From: Nitrospirota bacterium
GTDB lineage: Bacteria; Nitrospirota; Thermodesulfovibrionia; Thermodesulfovibrionales; Dissulfurispiraceae
Assembly (NCBI GenBank): GCA_963790025.1
Contig: CAWBMP010000002.1
Location: 544,001 to 608,000, forward strand
Direction of reading: 5' to 3'
Length of the DNA: 64,000 bases
A model generated the notes under the pieces. The model was not told where the DNA came from and did not search any database. It saw only the letters and a list, made by a program, of their open reading frames with translations. The translations under genes and the position numbers were made by a program. Positions 49,061 to 57,312 of this stretch are shown here, in pieces (the stretch's first letter is position 1; every line of letters begins with the position of its first letter).

Positions 49061-49771
49061 CTACCTCCTCAATATTTCGTAGAATTTGGTTATGTTCTTC
49101 TGCGCTTCGTGCAATTCCGTGATAGTATTGACGGTTATATGCAATCCAGTGTGTTTAAAGCTGAACATTTCGTTTTGATCGATCATGTGCTTGAGAAAAC
49201 CGACAAAGTTCTTGCACTTTGCAATGTCCTCTCTGCTCTCGCCGCTCAAATAAAAATAGCCTATGTTTATCCATTTGTCCATCACAGGCTTTTCCTCGAA
49301 CGAGACCACCTTTCCCGATTTATCGCTTTCCAGTATTCCGAACTGGCTTTGCAGCGGATAGGTGGTAATGCTCATTTTACCCTGGTGCCGCCTGTGGAAG
49401 GAGATCAGTTTTCCGATATCGACATCTGCGAGAGTGTCTCCGTAGCACATAATAAAGTCCCCGGGAATGTACTGGACAGCGTCCTGAACGCGCTTCAGGA
49501 TATCGGCATCACCCGAATCGACAATCCGGATATCAAGGTTTTGGTGGTTCTCCTTGCAATAGCGGACGATCTCCCCGGCCTTATACCCCACTGCAACAAC
49601 AAATTTCTTGAAGCCGTGAGACTCGAAATACGAGATCAGATAATTCAGTATGGGCCTTCCATTGATAAGTATCAAAGGCTTCGGAACACTGTTGGTTAGG
49701 GGCTGAAGCCGTTCACCTTTCCCCCCGCAAAGAATAAGCACTTGTATATTCTGAATGTCTTTCTTAGTCAT
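49061..49771 (-). CDS. Sugar-1-phosphate nucleotidyltransferase (RfbF-related)
   Basis: ILCGGKGERL, PKPL, YGDTLADVD, FEEKP, WINIGYF. Confidence 0.85.
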   Translation of the reverse strand: MTKKDIQNIQVLILCGGKGERLQPLTNSVPKPLILINGRPILNYLISYFESHGFKKFVVAVGYKAGEIVRYCKENHQNLDIRIVDSGDADILKRVQDAVQYIPGDFIMCYGDTLADVDIGKLISFHRRHQGKMSITTYPLQSQFGILESDKSGKVVSFEEKPVMDKWINIGYFYLSGESREDIAKCKNFVGFLKHMIDQNEMFSFKHTGLHITVNTITELHEAQKNITKFYEILRR

Positions 49772-50529
49772 TATGGATTCTCAGAGACCAATTTTTGACG
49801 CCATTGATACCAGTCATAAGCCCCTGCCAGCTTGAGATGGAATAACGAAAGAACATCCGATGCCAAAACCTCGGTCCTGTATAGCATCAGGGGATCATGG
49901 TCCGTACCATTGCACCCGAAATAACTGCTTGCGCCTATTTCGTAGCCCACTTTTCGCACAGCCTCCCTCACGCGCCTGTCCACGGAACCATGAGGATATG
50001 AAATAAAGGTCACCGGCTTACCAATTACATCCTCAAGGTAGCTGCGGCTCTCATATAGCTCTTTTCTTAATGTCGCATCATCGCATTCCGCAAGAGGGGT
50101 ATGGCTCATTCCATGAGAGCCTATCGTTACTCCTTCGAGGGAAGCCAGTTCTTTCAGGTCTTCACTGGATAAATATATCTTCGAGCCGTTCTGTATGTAT
50201 GATGCGGTGACAAATACCGTAAAAGGCATATTCCTCTTCCGCAATTCCTCTGCCGCTACATAAAGGTTATCGACGTAGCCGTCATCGAAAGTAATGACCA
50301 CATCGTTGTCCCTCACGGTCCGGCCAAGGGGAACAACCTCGCAATTTCCCGTTACAAAATCCAACTGGCTCCGGAACAATTCAGGTGATATGCTTATGCC
50401 GTAAGTATCATGGGGTATGACCGATCCTACCGAGTGATAAAGCAATATTCTCTGCCCCTTCTTGCGAAAAAACTGCCTGTAAAAGTAATAATATGCCATT
50501 GAGAACCCATCCATGAGTAATCGTTTCAA
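49771..50529 (-). CDS. Polysaccharide deacetylase (CE4/NodB)
   Basis: LLYH, ITFDDGY, IGSHGMSH, SYPHG. Confidence 0.9.
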   Translation of the reverse strand: MKRLLMDGFSMAYYYFYRQFFRKKGQRILLYHSVGSVIPHDTYGISISPELFRSQLDFVTGNCEVVPLGRTVRDNDVVITFDDGYVDNLYVAAEELRKRNMPFTVFVTASYIQNGSKIYLSSEDLKELASLEGVTIGSHGMSHTPLAECDDATLRKELYESRSYLEDVIGKPVTFISYPHGSVDRRVREAVRKVGYEIGASSYFGCNGTDHDPLMLYRTEVLASDVLSLFHLKLAGAYDWYQWRQKLVSENP

Positions 50530-50553
50530 TATACGCTCCCGCCGCTCACGCCC

Positions 50554-50970
50554 CTACTCATTCAGGCCGACCTTTATCTTTGCCCTTGAAATCTTTGCCC
50601 CGGAATGGTTAGTGATGCTCGCCTTGATTTCCACTTGCTTATAGGCCTCGTTGATGTATGAAACCTCGCCGAAGATGGAAAGCCTGTCTCCTATGAATAC
50701 CGGATTCACAAAAGATACATCGATACCATGAAGCAAGCAGTATTTGCCGGGCAGGTAAACTCCAACCAGGGTCGAATAGAATGAGGCTGTCAACATGCCG
50801 TAGACAACCCTGTCCCTGAACCCCTTCCCACAGGCAAAGTCCTTATCAGTGTGAAGCGGGTTATTATCGGATGTCAGTTGCAGGAACATGTCCATCATTT
50901 CCTGTGTCACGGTCACTTCCAGCGAATGGGACAGCCCCATCCTGATATCCTCAAAACGATAACAATTCAC
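50554..50970 (-). CDS. MaoC-family (R)-specific dehydratase (hot-dog fold)
   Basis: SDNNPLH (D-x4-H), VYGML, LPG, F.NPVFIGD. Probable GTG start at 50970. Confidence 0.85.
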   Translation of the reverse strand: MNCYRFEDIRMGLSHSLEVTVTQEMMDMFLQLTSDNNPLHTDKDFACGKGFRDRVVYGMLTASFYSTLVGVYLPGKYCLLHGIDVSFVNPVFIGDRLSIFGEVSYINEAYKQVEIKASITNHSGAKISRAKIKVGLNE

Positions 50971-51217
50971 TTCTTTGACTGACCTTGATGGCAATAAGGT
51001 CGACTGTGTCTCCCACATCTTTAAGTGATTGCAGTTCATCAAGTCCAAACTTAAAATGAAATTCCTTCTCGATAGCAACAATCAGGCTAATGTGGTTCAA
51101 CGAGTCCCAGTCTTCGATGTCCTTGGCGGCAGTCTCTCTCCTGATAACCAGCGTCTCATCATCGAATATTTCCCTGAAGATTTCCTGCATCCGATCCAAA
51201 ATAGCACTTTTATCCAT
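50951..51217 (-). CDS. Acyl carrier protein
   Basis: Small acidic protein with DWDSL (phosphopantetheinyl Ser) and IEKEF..KF. Confidence 0.9.
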   Translation of the reverse strand: MDKSAILDRMQEIFREIFDDETLVIRRETAAKDIEDWDSLNHISLIVAIEKEFHFKFGLDELQSLKDVGDTVDLIAIKVSQRSELLSF

Positions 51218-53039
51218 GAACAATCCTTATTGTTGTACTTTTATTGCAGTACTGCTCCGGAAGTCTTAAGCTCCATACGGCATCCCCGTTATCTTCGCAA
51301 CTACCACCCCGAAGATCTTCGATCTTCGGGGACCCCGGCCCTTCCGGTACAAATCCAAGAGTCTGATAAAGGTCCTTCACTATATTGTTCTTTGCCGTCT
51401 TGCGATAGCTGCCCCTGATGGATTCCATGCCACGCCGGTCGCACTCTCTTATGAATTCGTCGAACATTGCAAATTCCATCTCCCTTTTGAATACCCTGCA
51501 ACTCATGATCCATGCCTCGATTTCCACCTGCCGGTCTTTAATTACACCGATTATGACCGACACGATACCGTTGTCCCCAAAGCGATCGGTCAACTTCCCG
51601 TATAGCGCTACATAGTCCGTATTGTCCGCTATGGATACAACCTCCGAATGATTATAGCGCCGGCCCGTGAGATTAAACTGGTTCGTCTTGTTGAGCAACT
51701 GGGTAATACGATCCAGCGATATCAGGTCAAACTTCTTGATTAATGCTTCCATTTCAAGGGACCTGAGGAAATCTTCATAATTTGAGAATTTTTGCTGAAG
51801 AGCGGTCCTCTTCGCATTTTCAACATAAAGTTGAGACCGGCGCAAATCCTCATCCGACAGAGAAACGGTCTCGAAATAGCCTGCTTTGTCTATCACATCT
51901 ATGTAAGCGCTCACACCTTCGTCAGTCGCAGTGACGGCTACTTCAGGCAACTGGGATTTCACAAGCTCGCGCTCTACGCGGTTATCATCGATAAAAACCA
52001 GAGACTCTCTCCCGATGTTGAGTTCTGAAGCAATGTCCTTTATGTTTTCATGTTTTGGATTCCAGTTCACCTTGAAGGCCGCAAAATCATCAGGATGTAA
52101 AACATTGCCCGGATGACTGAATCCCTCGTGAGCGGATTCCAGCTCGTTTTTCGAGCATACGGCAAGTATAATGCCTTTTCCCCTGAGAATTCGTACGTAT
52201 TCCTGAAACTCAACGTAGGCCTCGCCCAAGGCCGTTTCCCTGCCGATTTGCAAGCCTTCCACGCCGTCGTCTCCCACTACGCCACCCCACAACGTGTCAT
52301 CCAGATCCAGCACCAGACATTTCCTGCTCTTGCCGAGCAACGATTTTATAAGAGCCGCTATGTTGTGCGCGAGGTATGGAATGGCCTCGTAACTGAGGGC
52401 ATACTTTGCAAGATGCCAAAGTCTCCTGTCATACCAGCGGCTGAGGCCCAGCCATGATGACAGGTAGTTTATGTCGTTAATATAAAAATTGGATGTTTTT
52501 CCGGCAAACTCGGCAAATTCCCTGTTCAGCCGCATTATATAATTCACTCTGCCTCTTGCATCTGAAAAATCAAGATTCCCTAATGCCCGGAAAGATGGAA
52601 GTTCAAAATTATTCTGTATGATTACGCAGCCGTAATCCTTGCGAATAGCTTGCCACATGCCAATATAGCGTCCCAACTCCCCGGCCGCCATGGAATCGAT
52701 ATGAGAAGCGCTGTCCTTCATGCCAGGATAGCGGGTAATATTCAGCGAGGTGGTATGAATATAAATGATATCGGGATTGAATTCCTTTAACTGCCTGTTG
52801 TCAAACACCGCCTCCTCGTAATATCTATTGAAATCCGACTCATAAAACTCCGGCATTATGCCGCTATACAGCAGAAAAAGCTCCAGGATCTCCTTTATTT
52901 CGTGAGTTGTAGAGCCGCCAAGGATCGCGATCTTTTTATCGATTAAACCTGTTTGCTGTAACAGTCCTTTTTTAATTGATTTCTTTTTTCTTAAAACAAC
53001 AAAAGGGTCAAAAGGATATTCAAGTTCTATGCATGCCAT
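51210..53039 (-). CDS. FkbH-like HAD-IIIC glyceryl-ACP synthase
   Basis: KCLVLDLDDTLWGG, CSKN, VFIDDN..ER, QLLNKTNQFNLT, DRFGDNG, MSCRV. Adjacent to the ACP. Confidence 0.92.
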   Translation of the reverse strand: MACIELEYPFDPFVVLRKKKSIKKGLLQQTGLIDKKIAILGGSTTHEIKEILELFLLYSGIMPEFYESDFNRYYEEAVFDNRQLKEFNPDIIYIHTTSLNITRYPGMKDSASHIDSMAAGELGRYIGMWQAIRKDYGCVIIQNNFELPSFRALGNLDFSDARGRVNYIMRLNREFAEFAGKTSNFYINDINYLSSWLGLSRWYDRRLWHLAKYALSYEAIPYLAHNIAALIKSLLGKSRKCLVLDLDDTLWGGVVGDDGVEGLQIGRETALGEAYVEFQEYVRILRGKGIILAVCSKNELESAHEGFSHPGNVLHPDDFAAFKVNWNPKHENIKDIASELNIGRESLVFIDDNRVERELVKSQLPEVAVTATDEGVSAYIDVIDKAGYFETVSLSDEDLRRSQLYVENAKRTALQQKFSNYEDFLRSLEMEALIKKFDLISLDRITQLLNKTNQFNLTGRRYNHSEVVSIADNTDYVALYGKLTDRFGDNGIVSVIIGVIKDRQVEIEAWIMSCRVFKREMEFAMFDEFIRECDRRGMESIRGSYRKTAKNNIVKDLYQTLGFVPEGPGSPKIEDLRGGSCEDNGDAVWSLRLPEQYCNKSTTIRIVHG

Positions 53040-54088
53040 AGGATAAACCCCTTTTCCCCGAAGACACCCGTAATAGTAGCCCCCTTTATCTCAGATACCC
53101 GGTCACCATAAACCAGGCACGTTGAGGGCATGAGGCGCGTGATATCCATATAGCCGTACCGGTGATGCCGGCCAAAAGAACAGTTTGAAAACACTATGCA
53201 ATCTATCTCTTCCCTCGGGAACAGTTTTAATATACTTCCGCCAATGCTGTCCATGATCGGCAGTGTTATGTTCAGAGAATCGAGGACCTGCACATAATTC
53301 AGACCATTATGTCTGTTCCGGACGAATTGGACCAGCAAATATCCTTTCATAACATCCTGTCCTTCCTCGTAAACCCCCATTAATCTTTTGTTGCTGTCGT
53401 TTTGGAGGATCCACGTCATATCTTCAACATACACATTCGAACTCGCCTGTTGTAATTCTCTAACTGACACGGCGTCAAAAACCTCGGCAGCCTTATAGCG
53501 TCTGCTATTCAGTCGCGTGAAACAAAGTATTTCCTCATAAAGACGAAACAAAACGAAACATGCCCGAGAAAACAAAGATACCGGAAGAAAAGGCAGTTTC
53601 AAATTTTTTTTTGCAGCCGCGTACGCAACAATCCTGTGGGAAAGCGGCCTCATAAGGGTTTTTTGTTCCCCGCTCATATTGATGCAGCCGAATTTCAATG
53701 AGATTTCACTCACCATGTCAGAGGCCGTGGAGGTCACCATGATATCTTTTTTCTGACGATAAAAAGCAAAGAACAGGTAGAGAGAATGTTTCCTGTAATC
53801 CGGAGCCACGTACCAGGTGGTCGGACTCACTGTCGTAAACTGCTTGTCCGCGTAACGGTAATCGGCAGGTATGCTTCCCAGGAAACCTTGCAGATAGTCC
53901 CTACGGCTGTCATCGGCAATGACCCATCCGTATGGATCGTCACTTCTGAAATAAGGATTTCTCAGCCACCAGAAATCGAAATTAACCAGGTATTCCTGTA
54001 CGCTGAACCGGGGCAGGGCATTCGCAGCCAGGAACTCAGCCAAAGTCGCAAACTCATCCTTCCGCAATTCCCTGACAGATATTGTCAT
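53027..54088 (-). CDS. GNAT-like acyltransferase-domain protein
   Basis: N-terminal VRE...DE, W...NP, GFLG.IP and WYVAPDYR (motif A-like). Coupled to the FkbH gene. Confidence 0.5.
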   Translation of the reverse strand: MTISVRELRKDEFATLAEFLAANALPRFSVQEYLVNFDFWWLRNPYFRSDDPYGWVIADDSRRDYLQGFLGSIPADYRYADKQFTTVSPTTWYVAPDYRKHSLYLFFAFYRQKKDIMVTSTASDMVSEISLKFGCINMSGEQKTLMRPLSHRIVAYAAAKKNLKLPFLPVSLFSRACFVLFRLYEEILCFTRLNSRRYKAAEVFDAVSVRELQQASSNVYVEDMTWILQNDSNKRLMGVYEEGQDVMKGYLLVQFVRNRHNGLNYVQVLDSLNITLPIMDSIGGSILKLFPREEIDCIVFSNCSFGRHHRYGYMDITRLMPSTCLVYGDRVSEIKGATITGVFGEKGFILWHA

Positions 54089-54106
54089 CGCATCAGTCTG
54101 CTCATG

Positions 54107-55042
54107 CTATTTTTGATGCCTGTGAAACACACGCAACATCCCCTCAAAATACGAATACGGGAGAAAAGTCAGGAAGTAAAAGGCGGACAATTTCGGAGAG
54201 TGTGTCAAGTATGGAATTACCATCTCCCGAATTTTTGACGGTGATTCTCCGCGCTTCCAGGCCCCTATAGCTTCAAAGTAAGTTGTTCTGGCCTCGAGTT
54301 TTCTCATCTCCGGGCCATGTCTTTCTGAAAACTCAGGGTATAATAAAAGATACTTCTCCAACATCATCCTATACTCCTTGCCGAGAACGTCTCTTCTCAG
54401 CCGGGTGAGGTTCCCTTCGTGGACCCTGCATTTCGCAAGTATCTCGGGAACATAATCAACCTTCCAATTATATGAGATACGGGTAAAGAGATCGGCATCC
54501 CCTATAATATCGAAACGATTATCGAACCACTCCTTAAGGCCCTTCAGACATTCCCTCCGGATAGCGACTGTCAGAAACGGAAGAAAATAGGAAGTCAGAA
54601 GTCGCTCAAAGACCATTCCGCTGTAAAATCTTCCAGGTTTTGTATGCAGCCATTGCCTGCCGGTGTGCTCGTTGAACATGATTGTGTTGGAGTAAACAAT
54701 ACCAACATTCTGAGATTTCTCGAAAACGACTATCTGTTTTTCGAGTTTTTCCGGCAACCATATATCATCACAATCGAGAAAACTTATAAATTCGCCTTTA
54801 GCCTTCGCGAGCGCAAGATTCCGGGCGGCATACAGGGGGACTGTTCTATCTCCCATGAAATACCGCAACCTCCCGTCGTATGACCGGGCTATCTCCGCGC
54901 TGCTGTCTGTGGATGCGTTATCCCAAAATACAATTTCCCAGTCTTTACTGATTTGTGAGTACACACTTTCGATCGCTTCACGCAGGTATTCCGCGCCATT
55001 GTAACAGTTCATAATAACACTGACTTTAGGAGTATCTGCCAT
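54107..55042 (-). CDS. GT2 glycosyltransferase
   Basis: VSVIMNCYNG, WDNASTD, ARNLA, FLDCDDIW.PEKLEKQ. Confidence 0.92.
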   Translation of the reverse strand: MADTPKVSVIMNCYNGAEYLREAIESVYSQISKDWEIVFWDNASTDSSAEIARSYDGRLRYFMGDRTVPLYAARNLALAKAKGEFISFLDCDDIWLPEKLEKQIVVFEKSQNVGIVYSNTIMFNEHTGRQWLHTKPGRFYSGMVFERLLTSYFLPFLTVAIRRECLKGLKEWFDNRFDIIGDADLFTRISYNWKVDYVPEILAKCRVHEGNLTRLRRDVLGKEYRMMLEKYLLLYPEFSERHGPEMRKLEARTTYFEAIGAWKRGESPSKIREMVIPYLTHSPKLSAFYFLTFLPYSYFEGMLRVFHRHQK

Positions 55043-55051
55043 TCGCAAGCC

Positions 55052-55486
55052 CTAAAAAGAAAAAGGTATCCTCTTATCGAAAGGATCGAGCCCTTCCGAC
55101 TCGGTTGGATCGTGATGTATATCCGTGCAATTTGCAATAAGGGCCGGGACCGTCGAAATTCCCTTGAATCCATACCATATCATCGGCGGTATGATCACCA
55201 GGCAAAAGTTGCTCTCTCCTGTCTCCAGGGAGTAAACGTTCCCAAACGAAGATGAATTGTGACGGTCATCGTAAAAAGCCAGATGGACCATGCCGACAGG
55301 TACGGCAAGACGCTGGGTCATCCTGGAATGCCTCTTCCACGCCTTTATCGCTCCCGGATTCACGACGGAAAAATATATCTCGCCAAATCTCGAAAAGAGG
55401 GGCGAATCGTCCCTCAGCATATGCATTACCCTGCCGCGTTCGTCAGCCATCTGTTTCAACGGCTGTATTACAACCCCTTCAATCAT
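55052..55486 (-). CDS. RmlC-like cupin sugar epimerase (dTDP-4-dehydrorhamnose 3,5-epimerase family, short type)
   Basis: MIEGV, DERG, GEIYFS, IKAWK.H, YDDR..S, IPP.IWYGFK. Start at 55486. Confidence 0.85.
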   Translation of the reverse strand: MIEGVVIQPLKQMADERGRVMHMLRDDSPLFSRFGEIYFSVVNPGAIKAWKRHSRMTQRLAVPVGMVHLAFYDDRHNSSSFGNVYSLETGESNFCLVIIPPMIWYGFKGISTVPALIANCTDIHHDPTESEGLDPFDKRIPFSF

Positions 55487-55496
55487 ACCGGTCTCT

Positions 55497-56270
55497 TTAA
55501 TCATTCCAGATCTTCCAGGGCGCCTCGCCGCCCGACCAGAGTTCTTCGAGCAATTTCTTGTCTCTGAGCATGTCCATACATTGCCAGAACCCCGCATGTT
55601 TATATGCCATAAGCTGACCGTTTTTTGCAAGCATTTCGAGAGGATCTCTTTCCAGAATAGTATTATCGTCGGTGAGATAGTCGAACACCTCGGGCTCGAA
55701 AACAAAAAAGCCGCCATTGATCCAACCCTCCCCTGTCTGCGGCTTTTCGGTAAACTTAACAACCGAATCTCCCTCAAACATCATCCCGCCAAACCGGGGT
55801 GTGGGCCTGACTGCCGTCACCGTAGCTATCTTTTTGTGGGACTTGTGAAAAGCGACCAGCTCCCGGATATTAACATTGGACACGCCGTCTCCGTATGTCA
55901 GCATAAAAGTTTCCTTGTCCAATCTGTCCCTCAGCCTGAGAAGCCTTCCTCCCGTCATACTGCTGAATCCTGAATCAACAAGGTGCACCGTCCAATCCCG
56001 ATAACAATTCTTCCTTGCTGTCACCTCTCCTGTCTTCAGGGATATGGTGAGATCGCTCTGAAAATTATAATAGTTGAGAAAATATTCCTTGATTACTTCC
56101 CCTTTATATCCGAGGGCGATAAGAAAATCATCATATCCGTATGAGCTGTAAATATTCATAATATGCCAGAGGATAGGTTTTCCCCCTATCTCTACCATCG
56201 GTTTGGGCTTTACTACCGTTTCCTCGCTGAGCCGCGTGCCCAGCCCACCTGATAGAATTACAACCTTCAT
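55497..56270 (-). CDS. rfbF: Glucose-1-phosphate cytidylyltransferase
   Basis: MKVVILSGGLGTRLSEET..KPKPMVEIG.KPILWHIM, MTGGR, TYGDG, WINGGFF, GFWQCMD. Confidence 0.95.
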   Translation of the reverse strand: MKVVILSGGLGTRLSEETVVKPKPMVEIGGKPILWHIMNIYSSYGYDDFLIALGYKGEVIKEYFLNYYNFQSDLTISLKTGEVTARKNCYRDWTVHLVDSGFSSMTGGRLLRLRDRLDKETFMLTYGDGVSNVNIRELVAFHKSHKKIATVTAVRPTPRFGGMMFEGDSVVKFTEKPQTGEGWINGGFFVFEPEVFDYLTDDNTILERDPLEMLAKNGQLMAYKHAGFWQCMDMLRDKKLLEELWSGGEAPWKIWND

Positions 56271-56285
56271 AGCACCTCCATACTT

Positions 56286-56361
56286 AACCACAGAGAGCAC
56301 AGAGCAAAATCTTTGATATCAAAAAGACTTATGGACATTCCCCTCTGAGTTCTCTGTGGTT
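56286..56361. repeat. CACAGAG/CTCTGTG inverted-repeat element (copy 3), 76 bp with 19-bp imperfect terminal inverted repeats
   Basis: AACCACAGAGAGCACAGAG (56286-56304) pairs with CTCTGAGTTCTCTGTGGTT (56343-56361) with 2 mismatches. Confidence 0.8.
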
Positions 56362-56374
56362 GATTTTTTTGGTC

Positions 56375-57310
56375 TCATATATTATTTCGATAAGAATCGA
56401 TAGTCTGTATAAGTCCCTCGGCAAGGCTTACACCGGGCTCCCAGCCTATCAATTCCCCGGCAAGATCTATATTCGCATACAACGCCATATTTTCGCCCTT
56501 CCTGTATGGATAAGCACCCCAGAGCGGGGTCCCCTTTCCAGTCAGTCTTACCACTTCCTCCACCACGGAGCGAATTGTCACGGGAATGCCGGAGGCAAGG
56601 TTAATGATATGCCCATGCGCCGCCGGTGAAACCGCCGCACCGATCATGCCTTTCACAATATCATCCACATGGCAGAAATCCCTCAACTGTTCTCCCGCAG
56701 ACGTCCTGAACTCCTGATCCCTCAGACATGCCCTGATAATCTGGGGAAGAAATCTTTTCTCATCCTGGCCCGGACCGTATACAAGGAAGAGCCTGAGCAC
56801 AACACCCGGAAAACCTTCGGTCCTGGAGATAGTTTGTATGAACTGAGATGCCGCTGCCTTGGCCAAAGAGTAAGGCGAAAACGGAGACTCACGCATGGAT
56901 TCCCTTTGCGGCGCGGGCGCACTGCCATATTCATCACTGCTGCCTGTCTGGACAAACCCTTTCAAGCTTTTCATGTCAAGGCAGTCAATAAGGTTCAGCA
57001 GGCCCTGAAAGTGGGTTTCTATGACCTTCCTTCCCCCCTGAAAATAGGGAGAATGATCTATATATCCGCCAAGACTTAAGACATAATCGAAAGACCTGCC
57101 GGAGATGACCTTTGTCAAGGCTTCCCTGTCGCAAAGGTCGGCGCACAGTATCTCCACATCCTGTTCAGGCCCGATGCCTGAAATACCGGGTCGAACACCC
57201 AGGCAGGTAACATAAGGTGTGCTTTCCAGGCATTTTGATGCCAGATGTTTTCCGATAAATCCTGTACCGCCTGCAATCAGGACCCGCTGGCTGCTATCTA
57301 TTGTCCTCAT
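56375..57310 (-). CDS. NAD-dependent epimerase/reductase (extended SDR)
   Basis: AGGTGFIG, GSSDEYG, PYSLAK, RLFLVYGPGQ, RDFCHVDD. Confidence 0.88.
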   Translation of the reverse strand: MRTIDSSQRVLIAGGTGFIGKHLASKCLESTPYVTCLGVRPGISGIGPEQDVEILCADLCDREALTKVISGRSFDYVLSLGGYIDHSPYFQGGRKVIETHFQGLLNLIDCLDMKSLKGFVQTGSSDEYGSAPAPQRESMRESPFSPYSLAKAAASQFIQTISRTEGFPGVVLRLFLVYGPGQDEKRFLPQIIRACLRDQEFRTSAGEQLRDFCHVDDIVKGMIGAAVSPAAHGHIINLASGIPVTIRSVVEEVVRLTGKGTPLWGAYPYRKGENMALYANIDLAGELIGWEPGVSLAEGLIQTIDSYRNNI

Positions 57311-57312
57311 TT

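Noticed and set aside
49055..49070. In-frame TAG between the nucleotidyltransferase and the dehydratase (possible readthrough or pyrrolysine fusion)
   Set aside because: A GAGGAGG Shine-Dalgarno lies just upstream of the TTG start of the second gene, so ordinary re-initiation explains the arrangement. No pyl genes are in view.
48074..49699. 541-aa plus-strand ORF
   Set aside because: It is the codon-register antisense shadow of two in-frame minus-strand genes (48035-49057, 49061-49771) and has no recognisable motifs.
50554..53039. FkbH/ACP as evidence of a polyketide or antibiotic cluster
   Set aside because: There is no ketosynthase, NRPS or exporter/resistance gene. The context (Wzx, glycosyltransferases, NDP-sugar enzymes) indicates a surface glycan.
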